Made by a program: the position numbers and the translations under genes
Part shown: positions 25,745-39,294 of the stretch, in pieces
Numbering within the stretch: the stretch's first letter is position 1
Layout of the letters: each line of letters starts with the position of its first letter
From: Octopus vulgaris
Taxonomy: Eukaryota
Length of the DNA: 64,000 nt
Assembly (NCBI GenBank): GCA_951406725.2
Contig: OX597814.1
Location: 127,720,001-127,784,000 of the forward strand
Direction: 5' to 3'
The notes under the pieces: model-generated
What the model was told of the DNA's origin: nothing
Databases searched by the model: none
Seen by the model: only the letters and a program-made list of their open reading frames with translations

Positions 25745-26160
25745 AATTTTCCCTTGTTCAGTTGCATTTTGTTTTTGTGTGCCCATTGACTCCACAACAT
25801 CTAGATCAGACTGGAGTTGAGTTCAGTCTTCTTCTTCATTGATGATTTGCTGGAGCTTAGTGTCATCAGCAAATATTTTCACTTTGCAGTGATTTATGAC
25901 ACTAGAAAGGTCATTTATGTAAATTATAAAGAGGAGCGGGCCCAAGACAGTCCCCTGAGGGACACCACTGGTGACTTTTGCTGGGCTTGAGTGAACTCCA
26001 TCGACCACAACATGTGTTCTATTCGCCAGGAAATACTTAATACAGTGTAGAAGTTTTCCACAGATTCCAACATTTGCCAATTTTGAGAGTAGGATATTAT
26101 GGTCAACCCTGTCGAACACTTTACTGAAGTCAAGATATATGACATCAGAGTTCAAACCTG
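25745..26160 (-). pseudogene. CR1-group LINE reverse-transcriptase fragment
   Basis: DVIYLDFSKVFDRVDH, SGVPQGTVLGPLLFIIYINDL and FADD motifs in ORF 25823-26233. Confidence 0.9.
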
Positions 26161-27224
26161 TTCCCAATAATAAAATCAACATTAATAAAATACTAAAGGT
26201 CAGCTTAAGAAATTCACATGTGTAGCCAACCATGAAGAACAGACCAATAATAAAATCAACCTGTTCCCAATAATAAAATCAACATTCATCTATATAATAT
26301 AATTTTATATATAAATTACTTATATATGTATGTATACCATTTGACTTATAATATAAATGACCACATATTATTTTGGTTGAATCAGTTTCTTGCAACTTCA
26401 GACAAGTTGTAACTGTCATAACTTGCCTGAAGACTCTGTGCACCCACAGGCAAAACTTAGAGTAGCAAAAGACTGATTCAACCAAAATATATTAATCTCT
26501 TCTTTGGTATTGAGTATTCTTTTATCCAATCCAATAGTCTACACTAAATGGATGGATATATATGTATGTATGTATATATATATATATACATACATATATA
26601 TATATATATATCATTTAAACGGCGGTGCATCAGTATGGCCGCAGCTCTGAGCTGCAACTAGAATTTATAAAAAAAAAAAAGAATTTATATATATATATAT
26701 ATATGTATGTATATGTACATATATATTATGAGGTCAGTATTCATCTGCTATAAGCATTCTATAAACATGAAAACTATATAAAGAAATCAACTACATAATT
26801 TGTCATATTGTTTTTGGTAAATCGTTTTATAATGCTTACATATAGTTAATCATGCTAGATATGTGTAGAGCCATTGTGAAATGTTTATATACAGCTGGGG
26901 TGTAATGTGTGCATGTATACACACATTCACAACTGGCTGGTGATAGTTTGTATGATTGCCAACATCAAGAAACTGCTCGTGATACAGGTGCATGTAAATT
27001 GGGTTAATTCGTTCAATACTAACACTCTAACATTTTATTTATTATTTTTGTCCTCATTTTCACCTTTAGTGTTTGCATGTACAAAGTTATTTTAACATAT
27101 ATGTTTTGTATTGTTATATATAACTGGTTTCATGTCAGTTTCCTGTTTTACCTGTTTCAAATTTTAATATCAAGCCCCCAACTATTTACTTTGATATATC
27201 TATATCTATCTATCTATCTATATA

Positions 27225-28040
27225 TATAAAATTGAAGAAATTGGTGTCAAGAAGGAGTAGGTTGGACATTTATTTATCATTCACTACAGCTTGGTTATGC
27301 AACTGTTTGTTTGTATAATGAGATGTAGTTGTGTTTCATCAGGCAATATTCGAGTGTTGTCTCTGTTAGTTTAAAATCATCAACTTCAGGGCCATCTCCT
27401 ATGTTTGTCATGGTTTGAATTTGGTAGTGGCTGATAGACTCATGGTGTGCGCCACGAGAGCACATTTGTCAGACTGTTATGAATAATAGTAGATGGTAAT
27501 GGCTGGCATTTAAATGCGATGTGTATATATATGTGAGTGCATGTGTGTGTGTATATAGGCATATATATATATATATGTAGGTTTGTATGTGAGAGTATAT
27601 GTGTGAGTCTGTGTGTATGTGAGTATGTATCCTACCACTGAATACTAAAGGTCAGCTTAAGAAATTCATGTGCAGCCAACCATGAAGAACAGACCAGAGA
27701 TATAACCATATAGAAGACCAATCCCATTTAAATGCCAGCCAGTACCATCTACTACCATTCATAGTCCAACAAACATGCTCTTGCGGCATACATCATGGGT
27801 CTATCAGCTGCTACTAAATTCTAACCACAATGAACAGAGGAGATGGCCTTGAAGTTGACAATTTGGAGACAACACTCTCGTATATCACCTGAGGAAACTA
27901 GATCTCATTATGCCAACACACAGTTGCATAACCAAATACCTGTATTGTTAGAGAACTACGTTGCGTCGCAACAATTGTAGCAAATAATAAATAAATGCCC
28001 AACCATACTCCTTCTTGACGCCAATTTCTTCAATTTTACA
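27225..28040. repeat. inverted pair of a diverged repeat end (probable Penelope pseudo-LTRs)
   Basis: 27225-27520 is the reverse complement of 27720-28040 (AAAATTGAAGAAATTGGTGTCAAGAAGGAGTA / TACTCCTTCTTGACGCCAATTTCTTCAATTTT); hammerhead-like remnants are present. Confidence 0.7.
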
Positions 28041-28164
28041 TTCACACATAATGAATGCCCAAATTTAAACTTGGAAGTATATAATAATACTACCGATAGT
28101 ACTGGGTAATTCTCAAGGTCGACAAGCTTTATACTGTACTACCACATTCCTAACGATATATAAT

Positions 28165-28203
<39 letters not shown>

Positions 28204-28204
<1 letters not shown>

Positions 28205-29446
28205 GTTGGGCTGGTAAGAAAGTAATTTTGGTTTTTTAGTGTGAAATAAGTTTTTTTTTTTCATACAAAGAATCAACTTTAATCAGTTATATATTTTCCA
28301 TTTTGTTCGATGACTTTTGCCATCTTTCTGGCAACTTCATGATTTCGTGCTCATAGAACTTCTGGTCTTTATCAGCCAAAAACTGAAGCAAGTACAATTT
28401 CAGATCCTCATCATTATTTAAAGAATTTTGAAAACTTTGAAATGAATGGTAACCTGATCAAGGTTATATGGTGGATGTGACATCACTTCCCAATCATACT
28501 CCAATAATTTTTCACAAGTTGGCAAAGACATCTGTTGTCTCATGTTGTCATAGTTGAACATGGTTCCTTTACGATTTGCCAATTCTGGCCATTTTTCTTT
28601 GATTGCTTCCTCTAGTTTCATTAGTTGTTGACAGTAAACATCTGAATTGGTTGGTTGGTTCCTCGGAAGCAGCTCAAAATGCACAACACCTTTGTAATCC
28701 TACCAAATTGATAGCATGAACTTTGCATGATGCAATTCAGCTTTCGATGTGGTTTGTGCTCGTTCATTACACTTGGACCATGATCCTTTTCAATTGATGT
28801 TATTGTAGACATTTTTTTTTCATCACCAGTGATGATTCGCTTTAAAAAAAAGGTCGATTCCATTGCGTTTGAGATGCATATCACAAATATTGATTCATTA
28901 AGTGAATCTCTTTCAATTTATGTGGAACCCAAATATCGAGTTCCTTAAATAGTCCAAGACATTTTAAGTGATTTTCAATTGTTGTATGTGATACATTTAA
29001 CCTCTTTGCAAACTCTTGCACAGTCAGATTCAATTATGGCTTTGATTCAGTCATCATCAACTTCTGTAGGTCGACCAGAATGTTGGTCATTTGAGTGAAA
29101 AATCTCCAGAACAGAATTTTAAAAACCATTTCTGACATGTGCATTCTGTTAAGCAATCAACACCATAAACTTCACATATCTCTTTGTGAACTTTAGCAGC
29201 TTTCTTTCCTTTACAGAAATAACAAAGCAAAGTATTGCGAAATTGTTCGTTTTTGCACTACTTATTAAAATTGACATTGAACTAACAGCTGTAAACAAAA
29301 TTACACACAATTTGCTTCTAAAGTAAGCTAAAAGTAGCGGCTATCAAATGTCAGAGGAAAAAATCATAACATTCACAAAAGTCATTCAAAAAAATTGTAA
29401 CTCTATATACTTGCAAAAACAAAATTACTTTCTTGCCAACCCAATA
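28204..29446 (-). mobile_element. full-length but degenerate mariner DNA transposon
   Basis: TIRs TTGGGCTGGTAAGAAAGTAATTTTG / CAAAATTACTTTCTTGCCAACCCAA flanked by TA; about 1.24 kb; broken transposase with IITGDEK, WPELANRKG and HPPY motifs. Confidence 0.9.
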
Positions 29447-29465
29447 TTTTATATATATATATATA

Positions 29466-29502
<37 letters not shown>

Positions 29503-30096
29503 TATATATATCATACACACACACACACACACACACACACATATGTATATATATATATGTTTTTTTCTGCTATTTTGTTCTAATGACATGAAAGATGTAA
29601 GTGTTTAAATGGCTATTTCATAATGTAATGAGCTATATAATCTTGTTATATGATTCATAATGAAGAGTGAATGTGTTTAATAAAGTAGTTGGTGTGTTTA
29701 ATTGTTGACTGAGAATTTACTTTTGCCTTGACAATTTTTTTCCAAAAAATTAGATAAAATAATTCCTGTTTGATATCTATATTTTATCAGCTAAACCATC
29801 ATCATCGTTTAACATCCACCTTCCATGCTGGTATGGGTGATGTCTCTATTTGATTCAATTGCCGCTACATAATTTGTCTTTAAATTGTTCCTTGTTACAT
29901 TAAATTTGGTTGATTCCGATTTATTATTTAAATTGTATTTGGTCAAGTATTCCAAATTTCTAGAAATATTATGTTAAAGCATAATGTTGCTAGAAATTTT
30001 TATGAACTTGTCTAGAAGTTATTTGTAAACAGGTAAAAGTTTGTATGCATGTGCATTGTTTAAAATTATTCATCTTTCATTCCTGTTTATGTGAAG

Positions 30097-30211
30097 CCAT
30101 CAATTTAAGACGTTCAAACAGTTGGTCAGATTCTTATGAAGGGTTCAGATTTACGGAAAGTGGTAAAGATCAAAAGGAATCTGAAACAGAACAACATTCA
30201 AAAAACTGTTG
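30097..30211 (+). CDS. WDR59: WDR59 internal coding exon (INLRRSNSWSDSYEGFRFTESGKDQKESETEQHSKNC)
   Basis: TTG|GTAAGT donor; ends in phase 2 and joins 45666 to give EQHSKNCCLLDP, matching human WDR59 DQHDKNKRLLDP. The acceptor (30097 vs 30110) is less certain. Confidence 0.8.
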
Positions 30212-32993
30212 GTAAGTTTTTAAAGACGTTTATTATCTTTATTATTTACAGTGTCTTGATTTGTGTTTTACTAAGCATTTTCTGGGAAATCCAGTAAATA
30301 TCTTCTTCTCCTCCTCCTCCTCCCTCCTCCTCTGCCTCCTCTCCCTCCTCTCCGCCTCCAGTAATCAAATTATTCTGTCAAATGCAATGCTTATTTATTC
30401 ACATTATTTTGAATTAATCACCTATTATCTTGTAGCTTTGAGATTTTGATGATGTGTGTATTTTAAAAATGATATTGTAGGATAGGTGTGAGAAGCTGGA
30501 TTTGGTCAGTAGGTAGAATAGGTGGGACTATGTTCTACCTATTTCATGGCCAGTTTAAATACCTAAGGGTTAATGGTCATTTTGCATGCTGGCAAGAGAG
30601 ATTGTTTGATCCAGTACTGTATGGAATTCCAAGCTCAATTTTATCAACCACTTAACTGTGTATTGGGTGCATTTTATATGGCCCCTAGACAAGTGCTTTT
30701 CATGTAGCACCAGCACAAGTGCTTTTTACATGACACTGCCACAAAACCTTTTTACGTGACACCACCACAGGCCCTTTTTATGTGGCACCATGCAAGACAA
30801 CCCCCCACTCACCAGCTGAAAGAAGGAGTCCACAGTTTTACTTAAAGGGTTAATATAACATTACTAAGCACGACAAATGGATGTACTAAAAGAAAAAGTT
30901 TCCAGTACCCCTGCTTTAATGTCATAAACTCTTCGTCAATATTACATTGCTAACACTGACAATAGACAAACTTGCATTGTTCAAACGTTTACCAACATCA
31001 TTCAATGCTATAGGTGTGACTATAACATCACAGGATATGCTGCCCCAAGATTTTGAAACTTGATCATTGAGTAGTCTCTATTTTAATGATGGGTGGGAAT
31101 TGATTGCACTAGTTCTGATTGTGTCTTGCACTGTGTAAATAGGTGTGGTTTATATAAGAAAGGATATCGGTTTGATTAGTAACACTAGCTTTCCACTAAT
31201 TTCTTTATATGTTATATCTGACTATAATGCTCATGATAGCCTTGTGTTCAGGTTATAAACAACCTGAATTATATACTCATAGTCTATTTCTCCCACTCCA
31301 CTGTATATATGTGGATTCTTATGTAAATAAAATTACAGTTGCATCATTCTACACATGATTTCATCATTCTACACATGCTCTAATTCTAACCATGTAATTA
31401 CACATTTTTGTGTGTGTATGTATGAATATATGTGTGTGTGTATTTGTGTATATATATATATATATATATATCCTATACACATATTTGTGTGTTTGTATAT
31501 ATGTGTGTGTATGTATATGAATGTATAGGTATGTGTGTGTGGTGGGGTATATGTATCATCATCAATCATTCTCGTTTAACGTCTGCTTTCCATGCTGGCA
31601 TGGGTTGGATGGTTTGACTGAGGACTGGCAAACCAGAGATTGCACCAGGCTCCGATCTGCCTTTTCTGCAGATCAAGCAGGGCTGTTTACCTGAAGGGTT
31701 TTGTGATCTGTCTGCCTTTCTATTTATTACGACTTTGGTTTTTACTAGGTTGACTCTAAGGCCGTTCGATTCTAAACCCTGCTTCCACACTCTGCCAAAG
31801 CAGACAAATGGAGCCTGGTGCAGCTCTCCAGTTTCCCAGCTCCTGTCTAACCATCCAACCCATGCCAGCATGGAAAATTAATGTAAGACAATCATGATAA
31901 TGTTGATATCATAAAATGGTTGGACACTGTAAAATAGACAATAGTGGATACCATTTTATGGATGGCTCAAAACAGACAATGTATAATTTGCTATTAATCA
32001 TACCTGGAAGGATAACACACTAACAAAGCCATTTAAATGTCAGATTGAATGTTTAGCACAATCTGTTCTGATTCTCTGTGTCCTGATATCAAATCTCACT
32101 GAGTTCAAGTTTGCTTTTCATCCTTTTGGGGTTGATACATCATCATCATCATCATTTAACATGGGTTTTATAGTTTGACAGGAGCTGGTAAAGCTGGGGT
32201 TTGCACTAGGCTCCACTGACCATCCTGGCATGGTTTCTATGGCTAAATGCCCTTCCAAACACTAACCACTTTACTGAGTGTACTGAGTGCTTTATATGTG
32301 GAACCATCACAAGTACTTTTTATGTGGCACCAGCACAAGTGCTTTTTATGTGGCACCAGCATTGGTGGTTTTTATGTGGCATCAGTACTAATGCATTTTA
32401 TGTGCTATCATCACTGGCACTTTTTATGTGACACCATTACCATTGCTTTTTGCATGGCACCAGCACTAGTGCCTTTTATGTCATATCATGACACAAATGT
32501 AACAATCTAGGTTGATAGCTTGGCAGAATTGTAGAAATGTTGCATCAGATGCCTAAATTTAATGAAAGTTACGGAGAGGATCATAGCCTAACTAATTTGG
32601 GAGAGAGTTAGCTTAGATGAGATACAGTTTGTGTTTATGCCAGAGAGAAGCACCACTGATGCTATATTTCTGGTAAGGCAACTGCAAGAGAAATACCTAG
32701 CCAAAGATAAACCTCTGTACTTGGCTTTTGTTGACTTGGAGAAAGCCTTTGACAGAGTTCACTGATCTCTTATCTCGTCGTCAATGGATATATGAGGCAA
32801 TTAAAAGCAAGAGGAAATTCTTAGCTTAGCTCTACATATTTTCAAGTGTCATCAAACAGCCAAACACACACACATGTATACACACATGTATACACACATA
32901 TATTTCTATCATCATCATCATTTAATGTCCGTTTTCCATGCTGGCATAGTTTGGACAGTTTGACTAAAAACTAGTAAGCTGGGGCGCTGTGTG

Positions 32994-33040
<47 letters not shown>

Positions 33041-33139
33041 ATATATATATATATGTGTGTGTGTGTATATATATATATGTGTGTGTGTATATATATATAT
33101 ATGTGTGTGTATATGTATATATACCTATATATGTATGTT

Positions 33140-33172
<33 letters not shown>

Positions 33173-33489
33173 GTGTGTGTGTGTGTCGGTGTACAGTTAT
33201 GTATGTATTGTATGTATAAATGCATCACCAGTAACAGCAGCATTTAACATCTGTTTTCCGTGTTGATGTGGGTTGTACAGTTTGACAGGAGTTGTTCAAC
33301 CCAGGCGTCGTACTAGGCTCCATTGTCTGTTTTGGCATGGTTTCTATGGCTAGATGCCCTTCCTAACGCCATCCACTTCACAGAGTGTACAGGGTCTTTC
33401 TTACATGGCACCAACACAAGTTCCTGGGCTGAAAAATGCCTTGCGGTTGAATTTGATTGATTGAAATTATATGGAAGCTCATTATGTAT

Positions 33490-33853
33490 TCGTATCTGAG
33501 CACCTTTTCAAACTCCACCTGTCTAACACCCGTGGACATGTTTACAAAGTCAGAAAACAGCACAGCTCCCATGACTTTCAGAAACATTTTTTCATGCTAA
33601 GAGTTGCTAAAGTATGGAACAAACTGCCGGCATCAGTTGTTAGTTGTCGGAGCACTGCATCCTTCGAAACTTCCATGCTTCCCGAGATTTGCGAACACTA
33701 CACCTGATTTTCTCCCCTCTATACACACGCAAGCATGTATCTGACTCATACACTGTTCACTTCCCAGACATTTGTACATTACTGCAAATGCTTTATATGC
33801 ACTTTTGACAAGTTGTGGTGCACTTGAGCTCTGTATACAATTTCATTATTATT
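33490..33853 (+). pseudogene. CR1-group LINE 3' end
   Basis: FKLHLSNTRGHVYKVRKQH...FFMLRVAKVWNKLPASVV is a typical CR1 ORF2 C-terminus; (ATT)n tail; an internally deleted duplicate lies at about 35835-36004. Confidence 0.75.
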
Positions 33854-35371
33854 ATATATGTGTCTTTGTGTATGTGTTTGTTGCTCCCATCACTTGACAA
33901 CCAGTGTTGGTTTATTTACATCCCCATAACTTAGTAGTTCAGCATAAGAGACCAATGAAATATATATCAAACTTAAAAAGTAAATACTGGGCTTGATTTG
34001 TTTGACTAAGATGGTGCCACAGCATACTGAAGCCCAATGATTGAGTCAAGTAAAAGATAACAGATATGAAACAGTTATCTCTTCCATTTACAGGAACCCT
34101 TTGTCCAATATCTGTTTAGTGCTAACCTTTATTTCAGTTTAAGTTACCAACCACACTAGGCCTCTAGGTTGGCATTGATACATTTTTGGCACTTAGGTGG
34201 ATTTTGACTCAGAATTTAGAGAGCCATGACATTTACCACAAGGCATCTAATCCAACATTTCTACAATTCTGCCAAGCCATCAACCTAGATAGTTACATTT
34301 GTTTCATGATGCGACATAAAAGGCACTAATGTTGGTGCCATGCAAAAAGCAATGGTAATGGTGTCACATAAAAAGTGCCAGTGATGATAGGACATAAAAT
34401 GCACTTGTACTGATGCCACATAAAAACCACCAATGCTGGTGCCACATAAAAAGCACTTGTGATGGTTCCACATATAAAGCACTCAGTACACTCAGTAAAG
34501 TGGTTGGTGTTTGGAAGGGCATTTAGCCATAGAAACCATGCCAGGATGGTTTGACAGGAGCTGAGAAACTGGAGAGATACACCAGGCTCCATTTGTCTGC
34601 TTTGGCATGGTGTCTATGACTGGATGCCCTTCCTAATACCAACCTTTAACAGTGTATTGGGTGTATTTTATATGGCCCCTGGACAAATGCTTTTCATGTG
34701 GCACCAACACGTGCTTTTTACGTGGCACCAGCATTGGTGGTTTTCATGTGGCATCAGGACTAGTGCATTTTATGTGCTATCATCACTGGCACTTTTTATG
34801 TGACACCATTACCATTGCTTTTTGCATGGCACCAGCACCAGTGTCTTTTATGTCATATCATGACACAAATGTAACAATCTAGGTTGATAGCTTGGCAGAA
34901 TTGTAGAAATGTTGCATCAGATGCCTAAATTTAATGAAAGTTACAGAGAGGATCATAGCCTAACTAATTCAGGAGAGAGTTAGCCTAGATGAGATACAGT
35001 TTGTGTTTATGCCAGAGAGAAGCACCACTGATGCTATATTTCTGGTAAGGCAACTGCAAGAGAAATACCTAGCCAAAGATAAACCTCTGTACTTGGCTTT
35101 TGTTGACTTGGAGAAAGCCTTTGACAGAGTTCACTGATCTCTTATCTCGTCGTCAATGGATATATGAGGCAATTAAAAGCAAGAGGAAATTCTTAGCTTA
35201 GCTCTACATATTTTCAAGTGTCATCAAACAGCCAAACACACACACATGTATACACACATGTATACACACATATATTTCTATCATCATCATCATTTAATGT
35301 CCGTTTTCCATGCTGGCATAGTTTGGACAGTTTGACTGAAAACTAGTAAGCTGGGGCGCTGTGTGTATGTG

Positions 35372-35413
<42 letters not shown>

Positions 35414-35423
35414 TGTGTGTATG

Positions 35424-35454
<31 letters not shown>

Positions 35455-37754
35455 ATATGTATATATACATATATATGTATGTTGATATATATATATATAT
35501 ATATTTATATACACGTGTGTGTGTGTGTCGGTGTACAGTTATGTATGTTTTGTATGTATAAATGCATCACCAGTAACAGCAGCATTTAACATCTGTTTTC
35601 CGTGTTGATATGGGTTGTACAGTTTGACAGGAGTTGTTCAACCCAGGTGCCATACTAGGCTCCATTGTGTTTTTTGGCATGGTTTCTATGGCTAGATGCC
35701 CTTCCTAACGCCATCCACTTCACAGAGTGTACTGGGTCTTTCTTACATGGCACCAACACAAGTTCCTGGGCTGAAAAATGCCTTGCGGTTGAATTTGATT
35801 GATGGAAATTATATGGAAGCTCATTATGTATTCGTATCTGAGCACCTTTTCAAACTCCACCTGTCTAACACCCGTGGACATGTTTACAAAGTCAGAAAAC
35901 AGCACAGCTCCCATGACTTTCAGAAACATTTTTTCATGCTAAGAGTATGCACTTTTGACAAGTTCTGGTGCACTTGAGCTCTGTATACAATTTCATTATT
36001 ATTATATATGTGTCTTTGTGTATGTGTTTGTTGCTCCCATCACTTGACAACCAGTGTTGGTTTATTTACATCCCCCATAACTTAGCAGTTCAGCATAAGA
36101 GACCAATAAAATAAATACCAAACTTAAAAAGTAAATACTGGGCTTGATCTGTTTGACTAAGATGGTGCCACAGCATAGCTGAAGCCCAATAATTGAGTCA
36201 AATAAAAGATAACAGATATGAAACAGTTATCTCTTCCATTTACAGGAACCCTTTGTCCAATATCTGTTTAGTGCTAACCTTTATTTCAGTTTACGTTACC
36301 AACCACACTAGGCCTCTAGGTTAGCATTGGCACATTTTTGGCACTTAGGTGGATTTTGACTCAGAATTTAGAGAGCCATGACATTTACCACAAGGCATCT
36401 GATGCAACATGTGACACCATTACCATTGCTTTTTGCATGGCACCAACATTAGTGCCTTTTATGTCGCATCATGACACAAATGTAACTATCTAGGTTGATG
36501 GCTTGGCAGAATTGTAGAAACATATAAAGTCATAGATAACATATAAAGAAATTAGTGGAAGGCTTTGCATTGTTCAGACTTTACAGGCATCATTCAATGC
36601 TATAGGTGTGGTTATAACATCACAGGATATGCTGCCCCAAGATTTTGAAACTTGATCATGGGTGGGAAATGATTGCACTGTGTCTTGCACTGTGTAAATA
36701 GGTGTGGTTTATATAAGTTTGACTAATAACACTAGCCTTCCACTAATTTCTTTATATGTTATCTATGACTTTATATGTTTCTACAATTCTGCCAAGCCAT
36801 CAACCTAGATAGTTACATTTGTGTCATGATATGACATAAAAGGCACTAATGTTGGTGCCATGCAAAAAGCAATGGTAATGGTGTCACATAAAAAGTGCCA
36901 GTGATGATAGCACATAAAAACCACCAATGCTGGTGCCACATAAAAAGCACTTGTGATGGTTCCACATATAAAGCACTCAGTACACTCAGTAAAGTGGTTG
37001 GTGTTTGGAAGGGCATTTAGCCATAGAAACCATGCCAGGATGGTTTGACAGGAGCTGAGAAACTGGAGAGATACACCAGGCTCCATTTGTCTGCTTTGGC
37101 ATGGTGTCTATGACTGGATGCCCTTCCTAATACCAACCACTTAACAGTGTATTGGGTACATTTTATATGGTCCCTGGACAAATGCTTTTCATGTGGCACC
37201 AACACAAGTGCTTTTTACATGACACTACCACAAGACCTTTTTACGTGACACCACCACAAAACCTTTTTATGTGGCACCAGTCATGTCACTATATAACATG
37301 CAAGACAACCCCCCCCCACTCACAAGCTGAAAGAAGGAGACCACAGTTTTACTTAAAGGGTTAAAATAACATTACTAAGCATGACAAATGGATGTACTAA
37401 AAGAAAAAGTTTCCAGTACCCCTGCTCAAGTGTCATAAACTCTTCGTCAATATTACATTGCTAACACTGACAATAGACAAATTTGCATTGTTCAAACTTT
37501 ACAGGCATCATTCAATGATATAGGTGTGACTATAACATCACAGGATATGCTGCCCCAAGATTTTGAATCTTGATCATTGAGTAGTCTCTATTTTAATGAT
37601 GGGTGGGAATTGATTGCACTAGTTCTGATTGTGTCTTGCACTGTGTAAATAGGTGTGGTTTATATAAGAGAGTATATTGGTTTGACTAGTAACACTAGCC
37701 TTCCACTAATTTCTTTATATGTTATCTATGACTATATCGTATAAAATATTTTAA

Positions 37755-38312
37755 CTGCCGACACGTAAAAGCACCATCCGCTCGTGTTCATTGCCAGCCT
37801 CGGCTGGCCCCCATGCCGGTGACACGTAAAAGCACCAACCGTTCGTGTTCGTTGCCAGCCTCGGCTGGCCCCCGTGCCGGTGACACGTAAAAGCACCGTT
37901 CGTTCGTGGCCGTTTGCCAGCTCTGTCTGGCCCCGTGTCGGTGACACGTAAAAGCACCATCCGCTCGTGTTCGTTGCCAGCCCCGGCTGGCCCCCGTGCC
38001 GGTGACACGTAAAAGCACCATCCGCTCGTGTTCGTTGCCAGCCTCGGCTGGCCCCCGTGCCGGTGACACGTAAAAGCACCGTCTGTTCGTGGCCGTTTGC
38101 CAGCTCTGTCTGGCACCTGTGCAGGTGGCACGTAAAAAACACCCACTACACTCGCGGAGTGGTTGGCGTTAGGAAGGGCATCCAGCCGTAGAAACACTGC
38201 CAAATCTGACTGGGCCTGATGAAGCCGTCCGGCTTCACAGACCCCAGTTAAACCGTCCAACCCATGCTAGCATGGAAAGCGGACGCTAAATGATGATGAT
38301 GATGATGATGAT
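37755..38312 (+). mobile_element. 5'-truncated RTE 3'-UTR copy with six ~61-bp tandem units
   Basis: GTGCCGGTGACACGTAAAAGCACC units followed by the conserved tail and (GAT)n; absent from the paralogous block at about 31220-31250. Confidence 0.85.
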
Positions 38313-38544
38313 TCAGGTTATCATAAGCAACATGAATGGGGATGCCACATACTGCAGCCATTGTACTCATAGTCTATTTATCCTATCCCATTTCCCATTG
38401 TGTATATGTTGATTCTTATGTAAATAAAATTAGTTGCATCATTCTACAGCTCATTGTTTATAAAAATGCTCTAATTCTGTCTAATCATGCATGTGTGTGA
38501 TGATACATATATATATATATATATATACATACATATATATGTAT

Positions 38545-38575
<31 letters not shown>

Positions 38576-39294
38576 CATATACATATATATATACATATAT
38601 GACACCCTACTGCAGACCACCTCATTGACGAACGACAGGGACCTTCTCTTTGTGGCTGGTGATTTCAATGGGCATGTTGGACGACATGCTGGGGGCTTCC
38701 ATGGCGTACATGGAGGCTACGGTTATGGTTCCCGCAACGAGGAGGGAACCAGGCTGCTGGAGTTCTGCGACGCGAATAGTCTTATGGTCTGCAACACTAA
38801 CTTCAGGAAACCAACAAGCCACCTGGTCACCTACCGATCGGGCTGGCATACTAGCCAAATCGACTACATCCTTGCCAGAAAAAGGGAAAGATGGCTGCTT
38901 ATAAATGCCAAAACCTTCCCAGGCGAAGAATGCACCCCACAACATAGACTGGTAGTTAGTGACTTTAGGATCAGGAATAAGAGGGCGACTAGAAGACGAC
39001 CAACATGGAGAAGAAGGGTCTGGAAGCTTAAAGACCCTGCGAATGGACAGAGATTTAGAGACATGTTACTTGAAGCCTTTGATGAAATGGAAGGGGGGTA
39101 TAGCTATGCATGGGGTAGAAGACAACTGGACGCTTCTGAGGGACAACCTGCTGAAAGCCACTGACCAGATCTGTGGCTGGTGCAAAGTCCCTTTAAGACC
39201 CAAAATAACGTGGTGGTGGAACAATATTGTTGACTGGGCTATTAGATAAAAGAAACAAGCTTGGAAGGCTTGGAAGAACGGGGGTAGCAGGGAA

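Larger units (their letters stand above)
30650..38460. repeat. complex local duplication with direct and inverted blocks
   Basis: About 32290-34260 recurs at 34700-36410; about 30650-31350 recurs at 37140-37737 plus 38312-38450; inverted copies of about 32225-32545 lie at 34255-34550 and 36780-37040. Confidence 0.85.

Noticed and set aside
30110-30211. Alternative reading VQTVGQILMKGSDLRKVVKIK of the WDR59 exon
   Set aside because: It ends in phase 1, incompatible with the phase-2 start of exon 45666; the other frame matches WDR59.
37732-38260. Repetitive 93-169 aa minus-strand ORFs (also 41535-41966)
   Set aside because: By-products of the GC-rich ~61-bp tandem units; the period is not a multiple of three, so all frames cycle the same peptides.
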